A stretch of DNA of 64,000 nt, taken from NCBI GenBank assembly GCA_963758635.1, contig CAVWWD010000004.1, positions 96,001-160,000 on the forward strand, given 5' to 3'. The DNA is from an uncultured Candidatus Rokubacteria bacterium (GTDB taxonomy: Bacteria > Methylomirabilota > Methylomirabilia > Rokubacteriales > CSP1-6). The notes beneath the pieces were generated by a model, which saw only the letters and a list, made by a program, of their open reading frames with translations, made no database searches and was not told the DNA's origin. The translations under genes and the position numbers were made by a program. The stretch's first letter is position 1; every line of letters begins with the position of its first letter. Below are positions 10,896 through 21,383 of this stretch, one piece after another.

Positions 10896-10977
10896 ATCCT
10901 GGCGTGGCGGCTCCGGCGTGTCAAGGCGCGGTCCGCCGCCGGCGCCCCTTGACAACCCCACGGGGCGCACCTAAGGT
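10896..10977. promoter_or_regulatory. Divergent sigma70-like promoters
   Basis: Plus strand TTGACA-N17-TAAGGT (10949-10977); minus strand TTGACA-N17-CAGGAT (10924-10896). Confidence 0.55.
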
Positions 10978-11197
10978 CGCGGTACTCGGACGAGCAGGAC
11001 ACGCGCGCGCGACGACCGCACCCCCATCGCTCCGTTGGGGAGGTGTCGGATGTGACGACCGCTCCCGCCCGGCCCGCTCCTCTTCCCCGACGCACCCCTG
11101 CGCTCCCGCGCCGGCTCCTCGGCTCGCTCCACGCTCGCTCCTCGGCACGACCTGGGTCTGGACCGCGGAACCCCACTCACGGGAAAGGAGTCACCCC

Positions 11198-12802
11198 ATG
11201 GGCTCGAGATCCTTGCGGCTCGGGACGATAGCGGCGCTCGTCGCGGCCACCTGGCTCGCCGGCATCCCGCCGGCGGAGGCGCAGAAGCGGGGCGGCACGC
11301 TCCGCGTGGCCTACGGCAACGAGATCGCCGGCCTCGACTTCCACACCGTGCCCGGCTACGAGATGGTCTGGGTCGCCACCAACGTCGGGTGCGGGCTCAT
11401 CGGCATCACGCCGGACGGGAAGTTCCTCCCCGAGGCGGCCGAGTCGTGGCAGATCTCGCCCGACGGCCTCCTCTACACGTTCAAGCTCAGGAAGGACGTC
11501 CTGTTCCACGACGGCAGCCGCGTCGACGCGGCGGCGGTCAAGTTCACCTTCGAGCGGATCATGAATCCCGCCACGCGCTCCAGCATGCGCTCGTTCCTCG
11601 AGTCGGTGCACTCGGTGGAGGTCCTCGACCCCTTCACCGTGCAGGTCCGGCTCAAGCAGCCCTACGCGTTCATGCTGCACATGCTCGCCGCGTACCGCAT
11701 GGGCCTGGTCCTCGCCTCGCCGGCCAACACCCAGAAATACAGCCCGGAGGAGCGGCGGGCGGGGAAGCCGGAGGCGGTGGTCGGATGCGGGCCCTTCAAG
11801 CTCGTCGAGTGGGTGAAGGGCAGCCACCTCATCATGGATCGCTTCGACAAGTACTTCGAGCCGGGCCTGCCGTACCTGGACCGTGTGATGATCCGCACCA
11901 TCAAGGACCCGGTCACGCAGATGGCCGCCTTCAAGGCGGGCGAGATCGACTTCATCGCCGACTTCTCGGCCGACCACGTCGAGACCATGCGGGCCCAGAA
12001 CCCGCGCGCCCAGGTCATGACGGGCAAGGAAACGACCCCGATGGTGGCCATGATGAAGGTCACCGTGCCCGCGGACGGCAAGCCGATGTCGAAGGACCGC
12101 GGCCCGCACGCCATCTTCAACGACCTCCGCGTCCGCAAGGCCATCGGGTGCTTCGGGATCGACCGCAAGGAGATCGTCAAGATCGCCTACAAGGGGCAGG
12201 CCACCCCCTGGGTCGGGATCATCCCGCCGGGGACGCTGGACACCGTGGACGTCAATCACGTGTGCCCGTACGACCCCGCGCGGGCGAAGGCGCTCCTCGC
12301 CGAGGCCGGCTGGGGCCCGCAGAAGCCGTTGACCTTCGAGCTGATGACCAACACCGAGAAGTCCGTGTTCGGCGTCATCGCCACCGTGATCAAGGAGCAG
12401 GTGGCGCGGATCGGCGTCACCGCGAACATCAAGCTCGTCGACAAGGTGAGCTGGATGAACACCGCCACCCAGGACGGCCCCTTCGACATGTACGTGGAGG
12501 ACCTGGCCTCGCTCATGACGCTGGACCAGAACACCTATCTCTCGGCGAGCACGGCGGCGTGGAACAGCGTGCGCCACGTCGACCCCAAGGTCGACGACTA
12601 CTACGTGCGGTACGCGCGGGAGATGGACCCCGCGAAGCGGAAGGCGATCGCGCGGGAGTTCCAGGAGTTCAGCGTGGACAAGCTCTACTGGAACACGATC
12701 TCCGGCTCGCCCTTCCACCAGGTGGCCCAGCCCTGGATGAAGGACTACGTGTACCAGGGCGAGTTCAAGGTGCTCTACAAGAAGGTCTGGCTCGACAAGT
12801 AG
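11198..12802 (+). CDS. ABC transporter substrate-binding protein, family 5 (peptide/nickel-type)
   Basis: AAGGAG RBS, signal peptide, KRGGTLRVA, AESWQISPDGLLYTFKLRKDVLFHDG, GCGPFKL. Confidence 0.92.
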   Translation: MGSRSLRLGTIAALVAATWLAGIPPAEAQKRGGTLRVAYGNEIAGLDFHTVPGYEMVWVATNVGCGLIGITPDGKFLPEAAESWQISPDGLLYTFKLRKDVLFHDGSRVDAAAVKFTFERIMNPATRSSMRSFLESVHSVEVLDPFTVQVRLKQPYAFMLHMLAAYRMGLVLASPANTQKYSPEERRAGKPEAVVGCGPFKLVEWVKGSHLIMDRFDKYFEPGLPYLDRVMIRTIKDPVTQMAAFKAGEIDFIADFSADHVETMRAQNPRAQVMTGKETTPMVAMMKVTVPADGKPMSKDRGPHAIFNDLRVRKAIGCFGIDRKEIVKIAYKGQATPWVGIIPPGTLDTVDVNHVCPYDPARAKALLAEAGWGPQKPLTFELMTNTEKSVFGVIATVIKEQVARIGVTANIKLVDKVSWMNTATQDGPFDMYVEDLASLMTLDQNTYLSASTAAWNSVRHVDPKVDDYYVRYAREMDPAKRKAIAREFQEFSVDKLYWNTISGSPFHQVAQPWMKDYVYQGEFKVLYKKVWLDK

Positions 12803-12850
12803 CCGCGCAAGCGCCCCGGCCCGGCCCGGGGCGCCTGCTAGAATCCGCCG

Positions 12851-14026
12851 GTGCTCTCGGTGGTCGTGGTGGGCGGGGGGATCGGCGGGCTCTCGCTCGG
12901 GCGCGAGCTCGCGCGTCGGGGCTGCCCCGTCACCGTGCTCGAGCGCGCGCCGCGGCTCGAGGCGGCGGGCGCCGGCATCATCGTCAACCCGAACGCGATG
13001 GCGGTGCTGGAGGCCAGCGGCCTCGCCGCCGGCGTGCGCGCGGACGGGGCCCCGTACCTCGGGCGGGATACGCTCGATCACCGTGGCCGCTGGCTCGCCA
13101 CCCGCGACTACCGGCCGCTCTACGACGCGGGGCGCCTCGCCGCGGGCGCCCTCGTCCACCGGGCGCGCCTGCACGCGCGCCTCGCCGATGGGCTCCCCGC
13201 GGGCACGCTGCGCCTGGACGTGGGCGTGCGCGCGCTCCACGCGGACGCGGACGGCGTTCGCGTGGAGACGGAGCGCGGCGAGACGCTCGCCGCGGACGTG
13301 CTCGTCGGCGCCGACGGGCTCCACTCCACCGTGCGGCGGGGCTGCTTCGGCGCGGTCGAGCCGGTCTACCTGGGCTACCGATCCCATCGCTTCGTGGTGG
13401 ACAACCGCGACCGGCTCGTCCACTTCACGGAGTTCCTCGGCCGCGGCCAGCAGATCGGCCTGGTGCCGATCGGCGACGGGAAGCTCTACGTCTGGACGGT
13501 GTTCGCCTCGCCGCGCGACAGCCGCGCCTGGGCGCTCGAGGACGCCGGCGCGCTGCGCGCGCTCTTCGCGCAGTTCACCGATGCCCGCGTGCGGAACGCC
13601 TTCGCTCAGCTCGCCTCGACCGAGGGCGTCATCTGCACCGACCTCGAGGAGATGCACCAGTCTCCGTGGACCTCGGGCCGCGTCGCGCTGATCGGCGACG
13701 CCGCGCACACCATCTCGCCCGGCCTGGGGCAGGGCGCGGGCATGGCCATGGAGGACGCCGCGGTGCTGGCGGAGGAGCTGGCCGCCACGGACGGCGACGC
13801 GGGGCGCCTCGCGCCGGCGCTCGCCCGCTACGAGGCCCGCCGGCGCGACCGCGTCGAGACGATCCGCCGGCTGTCGCGCGCCGTGATCGAGCGCGGACAG
13901 CTCACGCACCCGGTGGCGTGCTGGCTGCGGAACCGGCGCATCACGCGCGAGGGGCGGGACGTGGCGCGCATGCAGGACGGGCTCGCCCGCCTGCTCTCCT
14001 GGCCCCGGCCGGACGGCGAGGCCTGA
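12851..14026 (+). CDS. FAD-dependent monooxygenase
   Basis: VVGGGIGG, LVGADGLHSTVR, LIGDAAHTISPGLGQGAGMAMEDA. Confidence 0.92.
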   Translation: MLSVVVVGGGIGGLSLGRELARRGCPVTVLERAPRLEAAGAGIIVNPNAMAVLEASGLAAGVRADGAPYLGRDTLDHRGRWLATRDYRPLYDAGRLAAGALVHRARLHARLADGLPAGTLRLDVGVRALHADADGVRVETERGETLAADVLVGADGLHSTVRRGCFGAVEPVYLGYRSHRFVVDNRDRLVHFTEFLGRGQQIGLVPIGDGKLYVWTVFASPRDSRAWALEDAGALRALFAQFTDARVRNAFAQLASTEGVICTDLEEMHQSPWTSGRVALIGDAAHTISPGLGQGAGMAMEDAAVLAEELAATDGDAGRLAPALARYEARRRDRVETIRRLSRAVIERGQLTHPVACWLRNRRITREGRDVARMQDGLARLLSWPRPDGEA

Positions 14027-14079
14027 CCGAACCCAGAAATCACGCTCGGTCGGCTGACGACCTCCCGGCGCCTCGCTGG

Positions 14080-14224
14080 GGGCGGCGGGGAGGGGCCAGG
14101 GGTCGAGGGCGCCCTTCCCCTCCATCGGGCAACGGACCCCGCGCGCCCGGATGGAGCCCAGTCCCAGCGGGGCAGCGGACGCGTGCGGCGTGGTCCCGCG
14201 ACCCCTGGCCCCTCCCCGTCGCCC
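14080..14224 (+). repeat. Structured intergenic repeat, family X copy 1
   Basis: ~25-bp terminal inverted arms around a core shared (45 nt identical) with 49945-50094 in the opposite orientation. Confidence 0.85.
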
Positions 14225-14286
14225 GCCCTCGCGCGCATGTCGGCGTGATGACGGGGGGCAGAGGCGGGCTGCTACACTCGGAGCCC

Positions 14287-16355
14287 GTGGGCCTTCGACT
14301 CGGCATCGACGTGGGCGGCACGTTCACGGACCTCGTGCTCTACGACGAGGCCACCGGCGCGCTCACCGTCGAGAAGGTGCCGTCGGTGCCCGCCGATCCG
14401 TCCGAGGGCATCGTGCACGGGATCGTGCGACTGCTCCGCGCCGCCGGCGTGCCCGCCGCGGCCGTCCAGTACGTGGCGCACGGGACCACCGTCGCCACCA
14501 ACGCGCTCCTCGAGCGCAAGGGCGCGCGCACCGCGCTCATCACCACCAAGGGCTTCCGCGACCTCCTCGAGATCGCCCGGCAGAAGCGTCCGTCGCTCTA
14601 CGACCTGCACGCGCGGAAGCCCGTGGCCCTCGTGCCCCGCCATCGCCGCCACGAGGTGGCCGAGCGGCTCATGGTGGACGGCACCGTGCGCACGCCGCTC
14701 GACCTGGGTGACCTGGACCGCGCGCTCGCCGCCATCGCCGCGGACGCCGACGGCGGGCCCGTCGAGGCCCTCGCCATCTGCTTCCTCTACTCCTTCGTCT
14801 CGCCGGACCACGAGCGGCAGGCGCTGGAGCGTGCGCGCGCGCGCTTTCCCGGGCTGGCCATCGTGGCCTCGCACGAGGTGCATCCGGAGTTCCGCGAGTA
14901 CGAGCGCCTGTCCACCACCGTGGCCAACGCCTACCTGGCGCCCCGGATGAGCGCCTACGTGCGCGCGTTCCGGGAGCGGGTGGCCGCGCTCGGCATTCCC
15001 GCCCGGCCGTACATCAACCAGTCCAACGGCGGCACCATGTCGGTGGACGAGGCGGCCCGCGTGCCCGTGCGCACCGCGCTGTCCGGCCCCAGCGCGGGCG
15101 TGGCCGGCGCGGCGTGGATCGCCGGCCGGGCCGGGTTCGACGCCATCGCCACCTTCGACATGGGCGGCACGAGCACCGACGTGGCCTTCGTGCGCGACGG
15201 GCGCCCCGCGCTCTCGTTCGAGCGCGAGATCGGCGGGGTGACGCTGCGCGTGCCCGCGCTCGACATCCACACCGTCGGGGCGGGCGGCGGGTCGATCGCG
15301 TGGCGGGACTCGGGCGGCGCGCTCAAGGTGGGGCCGCACAGCGCCGGCGCCGAGCCCGGCCCCGCGTGCTACGGGCGCGGCGGGGAGGAGCCCACGGTCA
15401 CCGACGCGAACCTGGTGCTCGGGCGCCTCGGCGTCTCCGGGCTCGCCGGCGGGAGCGTGCCGCTCGATCCGGCGCGCGCGGAGGCCGCGGTGTCGCGGCT
15501 CGCGCGCGAGCTGGGGCTGGGCCTGGTCGAGACGGCCCGCGGCATCGTGCGGGTGGTCAACGCCAACATGGCCAACGCGGTGCGCGTGGTCACGGTCCAG
15601 CGCGGCGTGGACCCGACGGGGCTCACGCTGGTTCCCTTCGGCGGCGCCGGGCCGCTGCACGCCGGCGAGATGGCGCTCGACCTGGGCATTCCGACCATCG
15701 CGGTGCCGCCGGGGCCGGGGCTCCTCTGCGCCCTCGGGCTCCTCGTCGAGGACCTGCGGACGGACGCCGTGCGCACGTACCTGGCGCCACTCGAGGCGGC
15801 GAGCCTCCCCGCGCTCGCCGCGCGCTTCGCGGACATGGAAGCGCGACGTGCTGGCGTGGCTCGACCGCGAGCGCGTGGCCCCGGACCGCCGGCGGATCGA
15901 GCGCTGGCTCGACCTCCGCTACGTGGGCCAGAACTTCGAGCTGCTCGTGCCGGTGCCCGAGGAGACGTGGGCCACCGGCGACTGCGCCGCGCTCTCACCG
16001 GCGGTTCCTCGAGGCCCACGAGCAGGTCTACGGCTTTGCCGCCGAGGACGAGCCGGTGCAGGTGGTGAACGCGCGGGTGGTCGCCCGCGGCCTCGTCGAC
16101 CCGCCCCGCCTGGCCGGGGTGCCGCGTGACGGCGCCGGCGCGAGCGCGGCCGAGATGGATCGCCGCCCCGTGTACGTGGACGAGGCGCGCGGCATCGTGA
16201 CGTGCCCGGTGTACGACCGCGCGCGCCTGCGCGCCGGGCAGCGCATCGACGGGCCGGCGGTGGTGGAGCAGTTCGACGCCACCACGCTGCTGCTCGCCGG
16301 CCAGGCCGCCCGCGTGGACGACCTGGGCTTCCTGGTCATCGAGGCCGCGCGATGA
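14287..16355 (+). CDS. Hydantoinase A/oxoprolinase family subunit (frameshifts ~15845, ~16000)
   Basis: [57 protein letters not shown]. Confidence 0.9.
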
Positions 16356-16416
16356 CCTCCGGCCGCGGCGGTCGCCTCTTCGCCACGCGCCGGCTCATCG
16401 CGCGCGAGCCTCGCCG

Positions 16417-17179
16417 ATGACGCTGGCGGAGGCGCTCGGCGTCGGCCGGGGCGACAGCGTGGCCCTGGTCGGAGGCGGCGGCAAGAGCACGGCCATGTTC
16501 CGCCTCGGCGCGCGAGGTGGTCGGCACAGGCGGCCATGCGATCACGACCACCACCACGAAGATCTTCGCGGGCCAGATCGCGCTCTCGCCCGCCCACGTT
16601 CCCGCGGCGAAGGCCACGCGCGCCGCCGTCATGGCCGCGCTCGACGCCCATGGCCAGGTGCTGGTGATCGGCGAGGCGGACCCGGCCTCGGGCAAGGCCG
16701 ACGGCATCCCGCTCGACCTCTTCGCGCGCCTGCGCGAGTGGTTCCCGGACGCGTGCATGCTGAACGAGGCCGACGGCTCGCGGATGCTCCCGTTCAAGGC
16801 GCCCGCCGAACACGAGCCGGTGATCCCGCCGGCCACCACGCTGGTCGTGCCCGTGGTGGGCGCGGACGTGATCGGGCAGCCGCTGGACGCCGAGCACGTG
16901 CACCGCCCGGAGCGGGTACGCGCGCTGAGCGGCGCCTGCGCGGGCGCGGTCGTCACGCCGGAGATCGTCGCGCGCGTGCTCGCCCACGCGGACGGGGGGT
17001 GCAAGGGCGTGCCCGCGGGCGCGCGCGTGGTCGCCATGATCAACAAGGTCGAGGCCCTTGTCGACCGCGGCCCCGCCCACGAGACGGCCCGCCGGCTCCT
17101 GCGCGAGCCGCGCATCGAGGCGGTGGTGCTCGCCGCGGTCCGCGCGCCGCAGGCGGTGCTCGAGGTCTGCCGCCGATGA
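16417..17179 (+). CDS. yqeC: YqeC selenium/molybdenum-hydroxylase accessory protein (frameshift ~16510)
   Basis: [38 protein letters not shown] signature. Confidence 0.85.
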
Positions 17180-18345
17180 CGCTCGACGTGGCCGCGCTCC
17201 GCGCCGACACGCCCGGCGTGGGCCGGGTGCTCCACTTCAACAACGCGGGCTCAGCGCTGCCGGCGCGGCCGGTCCTGGAGGCGGTGACGGAGCACCTCCA
17301 GCGCGAGGCGGCGATCGGCGGCTACGAGGCGGCCGCGGAGGCGGCGAGCCGCGTGGCCGACGTGTACGACGCGGCGGCCGCGCTGATCGGCGCGCACCGG
17401 GACGAGATCGCGTTCGTCGAGAACGCCACGCGGGCCTGGGACATGGCGTTCTATTCGGTCCCGTTCCGGCCCGGCGACCGGATCGTGACGGCGCGGGCGG
17501 AGTACGCGTCGAACTACCTCGCGTTCCTCCAGATGAAGCGGCGCGCCGGCGTGGAGATCGACGTGGTGGACGACGACGCGTCGGGGCAGCTCGACGTGGC
17601 CGCGCTGGAGCGAACGATCCGCCCGCGCACCCGGCTCATCGCGATCACCCACGTGCCGACCCAGGGCGGCCTCGTGAACCCCGCCGCGGCGGTGGGCGAG
17701 GTCGCGGCGCGCCACGGCGTCCTGTACCTCCTGGATGCGTGCCAGTCCGTGGGGCAGCTCGCCGTCGACGTGGGACGGATCGGCTGCCACATGCTGTCCG
17801 CCACCGGACGGAAGTACCTCCGCGGGCCGCGCGGCACCGGCTTCCTCTACGTGCGCCGCGACACGATCGCCGCGCTCGAGCCGCCGTTCGTCGACCTCGA
17901 GGCGGCCGCGTGGATCGACGCCGACACGTACACGGTCCGCGAGGACGCGCGCCGCTTCGAGAACTGGGAGCGCTACGTGGCCGGGCAGATCGGGCTCGGC
18001 GTGGCCGTGCGCTACGCGCTGGCCCTGGGCATGGACGCGATCGAGGCGCGGGTGAAGGGGCTCGCCGCGACGCTGCGGGAAGGCCTCGCGCGCGTTCCCG
18101 GGGTGGGCGTGCACGACCTCGGCGTGGAGAAGTGCGGGATCGTCACGTTCCTGAAGTCGGGTGAGGAGCCGGCGGCGACCCGCGAGCGCCTGCGGGTGAT
18201 GGGCATCAACGTGACCCACACCCGGGCGAGCTCCTCCCGCCTGGACCTGCCCCGCCGGGGCTTCGAGTCGCTCGTGCGGGCGAGCGTGCACTACTACAAC
18301 GACGAGGCCGAGGTGGAGCGCTTCGTCCGCGCGGTGGCGGGGTAG
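17176..18345 (+). CDS. Class V PLP-dependent aminotransferase/lyase
   Basis: [49 protein letters not shown] overlap with yqeC. Confidence 0.9.
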   Translation: MTLDVAALRADTPGVGRVLHFNNAGSALPARPVLEAVTEHLQREAAIGGYEAAAEAASRVADVYDAAAALIGAHRDEIAFVENATRAWDMAFYSVPFRPGDRIVTARAEYASNYLAFLQMKRRAGVEIDVVDDDASGQLDVAALERTIRPRTRLIAITHVPTQGGLVNPAAAVGEVAARHGVLYLLDACQSVGQLAVDVGRIGCHMLSATGRKYLRGPRGTGFLYVRRDTIAALEPPFVDLEAAAWIDADTYTVREDARRFENWERYVAGQIGLGVAVRYALALGMDAIEARVKGLAATLREGLARVPGVGVHDLGVEKCGIVTFLKSGEEPAATRERLRVMGINVTHTRASSSRLDLPRRGFESLVRASVHYYNDEAEVERFVRAVAG

Positions 18346-18349
18346 GGGG

Positions 18350-18727
18350 TCAATCCCGGTAGAGCGTCAGCCCGGGGATGTCCGAGAAGTCCTCCGGATT
18401 GAGCGTCCAGAGCGAGGCGCCGTGCACGAGCGCGCATGCGGCCACCGCGAGGTCGGTCGAGCGCGCCCGTGGGCGGCGCAAGCTTCGGTAGAGCTCGGCG
18501 GCCAGCGCCGCCTCGACGGAGCCGAACGCGACAGCGGCGGTATCCGGGAACAGCGCCTGCTGCGCGCTCGTCTCCTCGTCGGTCCGTGGACCGCGAAGCC
18601 ACTCGTAGAGGACGAGCGTCGAGATCTGTAGCCGCTCGCCTCTCTCCACGATGCGCCGGAGGGTGATGGCATGCCCCCGCAACCCGGCGAGCGACGCCAC
18701 GAGGGCGGACGTGTCGAGGTGGATCAC
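18350..18727 (-). CDS. vapC: PIN-domain toxin (VapC)
   Basis: IHLDTSAL, LVLYEWLRG, DLAVAACA, LWTLNPEDF. Confidence 0.88.
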   Translation of the reverse strand: MIHLDTSALVASLAGLRGHAITLRRIVERGERLQISTLVLYEWLRGPRTDEETSAQQALFPDTAAVAFGSVEAALAAELYRSLRRPRARSTDLAVAACALVHGASLWTLNPEDFSDIPGLTLYRD

Positions 18728-19014
18728 TCTCCGGCCTTCTCGGCCCGCCTCTTGCCGCTCTCGCGACGAGCCCGACGGATCTCGTCGAGTTCGGCCTGCA
18801 CGTCGTTCGCCGGTCGGGCGCGCCCGGCCGGCGCAAGCCGATCGAGGATCTCCAGCATGCGCCGCCGCTCGTCCTCGTCGAGCTTCTGGCTCCGTGCTTC
18901 GTAGTCGCGGATGGCCTCGCGAACGACCTGGCTCTGCGGTCGGGCCAGCCGGGCCGCCGCTCGGCGGAGACGAGCGACCGTGTCCTCATCGAGCGTGAAG
19001 GTCACCTTGATCAT
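18724..19014 (-). CDS. vapB: Ribbon-helix-helix (CopG-like) antitoxin
   Basis: MIKVTFTLDEDTVARLRRAAARLARPQSQVVREAI RHH pattern; 4-bp overlap with the PIN gene. Confidence 0.85.
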   Translation of the reverse strand: MIKVTFTLDEDTVARLRRAAARLARPQSQVVREAIRDYEARSQKLDEDERRRMLEILDRLAPAGRARPANDVQAELDEIRRARRESGKRRAEKAGE

Positions 19015-19022
19015 GGCAGACG

Positions 19023-19041
19023 CCAGCATACCATATGCTGG
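19023..19041. promoter_or_regulatory. Palindromic operator upstream of vapBC-2
   Basis: Perfect 8-bp inverted repeat CCAGCATA-CCA-TATGCTGG just upstream of the antitoxin. Confidence 0.65.
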
Positions 19042-19217
19042 TGTGCTGGTAGATGGTCAGACTGACCGTGGAAACCAGCGAGGTTCTCGTCTCGCGTCCC
19101 CGACCGTTGACTCGCCCCGGCTCGCGTGTCTACGCTCCGCTTCGATGCCACTCGACCGCTCGTCTCGGCCCGTCGTCAGCCACGGCGACGGTTCAGCGTT
19201 CCCACGCCGGCTCCGGG

Positions 19218-20225
19218 ATGACCGGCGTTCCGTTGATCGACCTCGGCTCGGCGCGGCCGGGCGGGCGCCGGGAGCGCGAGGCGGCGGCCGCGGCCATGGA
19301 CGCGGCGTGCCGCGAGATCGGCTTCTTCGCCATCACCGGGCACGGCGTGTCCGATCGCCTCGTCGACGATCTGCGGGGCGCCGCGCACGGGTTCTTCGCG
19401 CTGCCGCTGGCCGAGAAGCTCGCGGCGCGGCATCCGGTCGACGGCACCAACCGCGGGTACCATCCGGTGGGCGGCGAGACGCTCGCCCAGGCCAACGACG
19501 CGGCGGCGCTCCCGCTCCCGGACCTCAAGGAGTTCTTCCACGTCGGGCCCGTCGACGTGACCGACGACGCGTACTACACGAGCGCGGAGGGGCGACAGCA
19601 CTTCCTGCCCAACCTGTGGCCGGCGCGCCCGGCCGGGTTCGCCGCCGCGGCCACCGCCTACTACCGGCAGATGGATGCGCTCGTCGCGTTCCTGATGCGG
19701 CTGGCCGCCCTCGCGCTCGGGGTCGACGAGGGCTTCTTCGACGACAAGGTGAACCGGTCCATCGGCACCATGCGCCTGAACTACTACCCGGCGCAGCCGC
19801 GCGCGCCGGAGGCCGGCCAGCTCCGCGCCAGCGCGCACACCGACTACGGCGGGTTCACCATCCTGAGCGGCGAGGACGTGCCCGGCGGCCTCCAGGTGCG
19901 CACGCGCGACGGGCGCTGGGTGGACGTGGCGACCACGCCCACCTGCTTCGTGGTGAACATCGGCGACCTGCTCATGCGCTGGACGAACGACCGCTGGCTG
20001 TCGAACCTGCACCGCGTGGTCAACCCGCCGGCCGCGGATGGCCCGAGCGCGGCGCGGCTGTCCATCGCGTTCTTCAACCATCCGAACTACGACGCGCTCA
20101 TCGAGTGCCTGGCCCCGCCGGGCGAGGCGAAGCACCCTGCCGTGCGCTCCGGCGCGTATCGGGACCTCAAGTACGCCAGGATCGGGCTCGCCGGCGCGGG
20201 CGCTCCCGCGCCCGGCCGCCGCTGA
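19218..20225 (+). CDS. 2OG-Fe(II) oxygenase, isopenicillin N synthase family
   Basis: VPLIDL, IGFFAITGHGV, AHTDYG (HxD), VNIGDLLMRWTND, LHRV, RLSIAFF. Confidence 0.92.
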   Translation: MTGVPLIDLGSARPGGRREREAAAAAMDAACREIGFFAITGHGVSDRLVDDLRGAAHGFFALPLAEKLAARHPVDGTNRGYHPVGGETLAQANDAAALPLPDLKEFFHVGPVDVTDDAYYTSAEGRQHFLPNLWPARPAGFAAAATAYYRQMDALVAFLMRLAALALGVDEGFFDDKVNRSIGTMRLNYYPAQPRAPEAGQLRASAHTDYGGFTILSGEDVPGGLQVRTRDGRWVDVATTPTCFVVNIGDLLMRWTNDRWLSNLHRVVNPPAADGPSAARLSIAFFNHPNYDALIECLAPPGEAKHPAVRSGAYRDLKYARIGLAGAGAPAPGRR

Positions 20226-20238
20226 GAGGAGACCGCCG

Positions 20239-21081
20239 ATGCTCTACCGGGGAATGGATCGCGCCACGCTCGACGCCGCCTACAACAACGGAGCCGCCGT
20301 CGGCCTCGCCAGGCGCGATCAGTACGCGGAGGACCGGCGCCTCCGCAGCGAGGCGCTCCGCAAGCGCCTTCACGGCCGCCTCGACGTGCCGTACGGCTCG
20401 GGGGCGCGCCAGCGGCTGGACTTCTTCCCGTGCGGTCGCCCGGGCGCGCCCACGCTGGTCTTCATCCACGGCGGCTACTGGCAGACGAACGACAAGGAGC
20501 CGCTCACCTTCGTGGGCGAAGGCGTCCTGCCCGCCGGATTCAACCTGGCCCTGGTGGAGTACACGCTGGCGCCCGCGGCCCGGCTCGACGAGATCGTCGC
20601 GGAGGTGCGCGCGGGCGTCGCGTGGGTGATCGACCACGCCGCCGAGCTGGGCGCGGACGCCGCGCGCGTGTTCGTCTCCGGCAACTCCGCGGGCGGCCAT
20701 CTCACCGCGATGGCCATGACGGACCAGCGCATCGCGGGCGGCATCGCGATCAGCGGCCTGTACGACCTGGAGCCGATCCGGCTCTGCTACCTGAACGAGA
20801 AGCTCCGCCTGGACCCCGCGGAAGCGGAGCGCAACAGCCCGATCCTCCACCTGCCTGCGCGCTCGGCGCCGCTGGTGGTGACGGTGGGCCTGGGTGAGCT
20901 ACCCGAGCTGATCCGCCAATCGGCAGAGTACGCGGAGGCCTGGGGGAAGCACGGACTCCCTGGCTACTACCTGCCGATCGAGGTCCACGATCACTTCTCG
21001 ATCCTCGAGGAGCTGGCGCGGCCGGACGGCAAGCTGCTGGGCGCGCTCGAGGAACTGGCGAAGGGCGGCCGCGCCGCCTGA
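20239..21081 (+). CDS. Alpha/beta hydrolase (arylformamidase/esterase-like)
   Basis: FIHGGYW oxyanion motif, GNSAGGHL nucleophile elbow, HDHFSI; AGGAG RBS. Confidence 0.9.
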   Translation: MLYRGMDRATLDAAYNNGAAVGLARRDQYAEDRRLRSEALRKRLHGRLDVPYGSGARQRLDFFPCGRPGAPTLVFIHGGYWQTNDKEPLTFVGEGVLPAGFNLALVEYTLAPAARLDEIVAEVRAGVAWVIDHAAELGADAARVFVSGNSAGGHLTAMAMTDQRIAGGIAISGLYDLEPIRLCYLNEKLRLDPAEAERNSPILHLPARSAPLVVTVGLGELPELIRQSAEYAEAWGKHGLPGYYLPIEVHDHFSILEELARPDGKLLGALEELAKGGRAA

Positions 21082-21088
21082 GGGAGGT

Positions 21089-21121
21089 CCGGACGCGCGA
21101 GTTTGAAGTCCGCGCGTCCGG
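21089..21121. terminator. GC-rich hairpin between convergent genes
   Basis: CCGGACGCGCG-N11-CGCGCGTCCGG 11-bp stem. Confidence 0.5.
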
Positions 21122-21207
21122 GGTGGGTCAGACAGCACCCGCGAGCAGCACCTCGCTCCGCCCGACTGGACGCTGGCGGTCGCCGGTGCTCTGGGGTTTC
21201 GCCGAGA

Positions 21208-21336
21208 CTAGAACCCGTCGCAGAGACGCGTCTCGTAGGGGTTCTGTCTCGGTGCGGCCTCGGTCATCACCGGGACGAGAGTTGCCGCCACGGCCAGGAT
21301 GCCGAGCATCACGGCGATCACCTTGCTGAGCTTCAT
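21208..21336 (-). CDS. 42-aa secreted micropeptide (not in ORF track)
   Basis: MKLSKVIAVMLGILAVAATLVPVMTEAAPRQNPYETRLCDGF*; AGGAGG RBS 8 nt upstream; Sec-type signal peptide. Confidence 0.7.
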   Translation of the reverse strand: MKLSKVIAVMLGILAVAATLVPVMTEAAPRQNPYETRLCDGF

Positions 21337-21383
21337 GGCCTGTTCCTCCTCTCGGTAGATGTCTGCAGCTATCTTTCAGGTGA

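Noticed and set aside
11389..16068. 1559-aa ORF and similar long Arg/Gly/Pro-rich ORFs (e.g. 38627-42199, 11177-14125)
   Set aside because: Shadow frames of GC-rich genes; only sub-segments correspond to real genes
16417..18345. Apparent YqeC-aminotransferase fusion (642 aa)
   Set aside because: Frameshift in yqeC; the two genes are separate with an ATGA overlap
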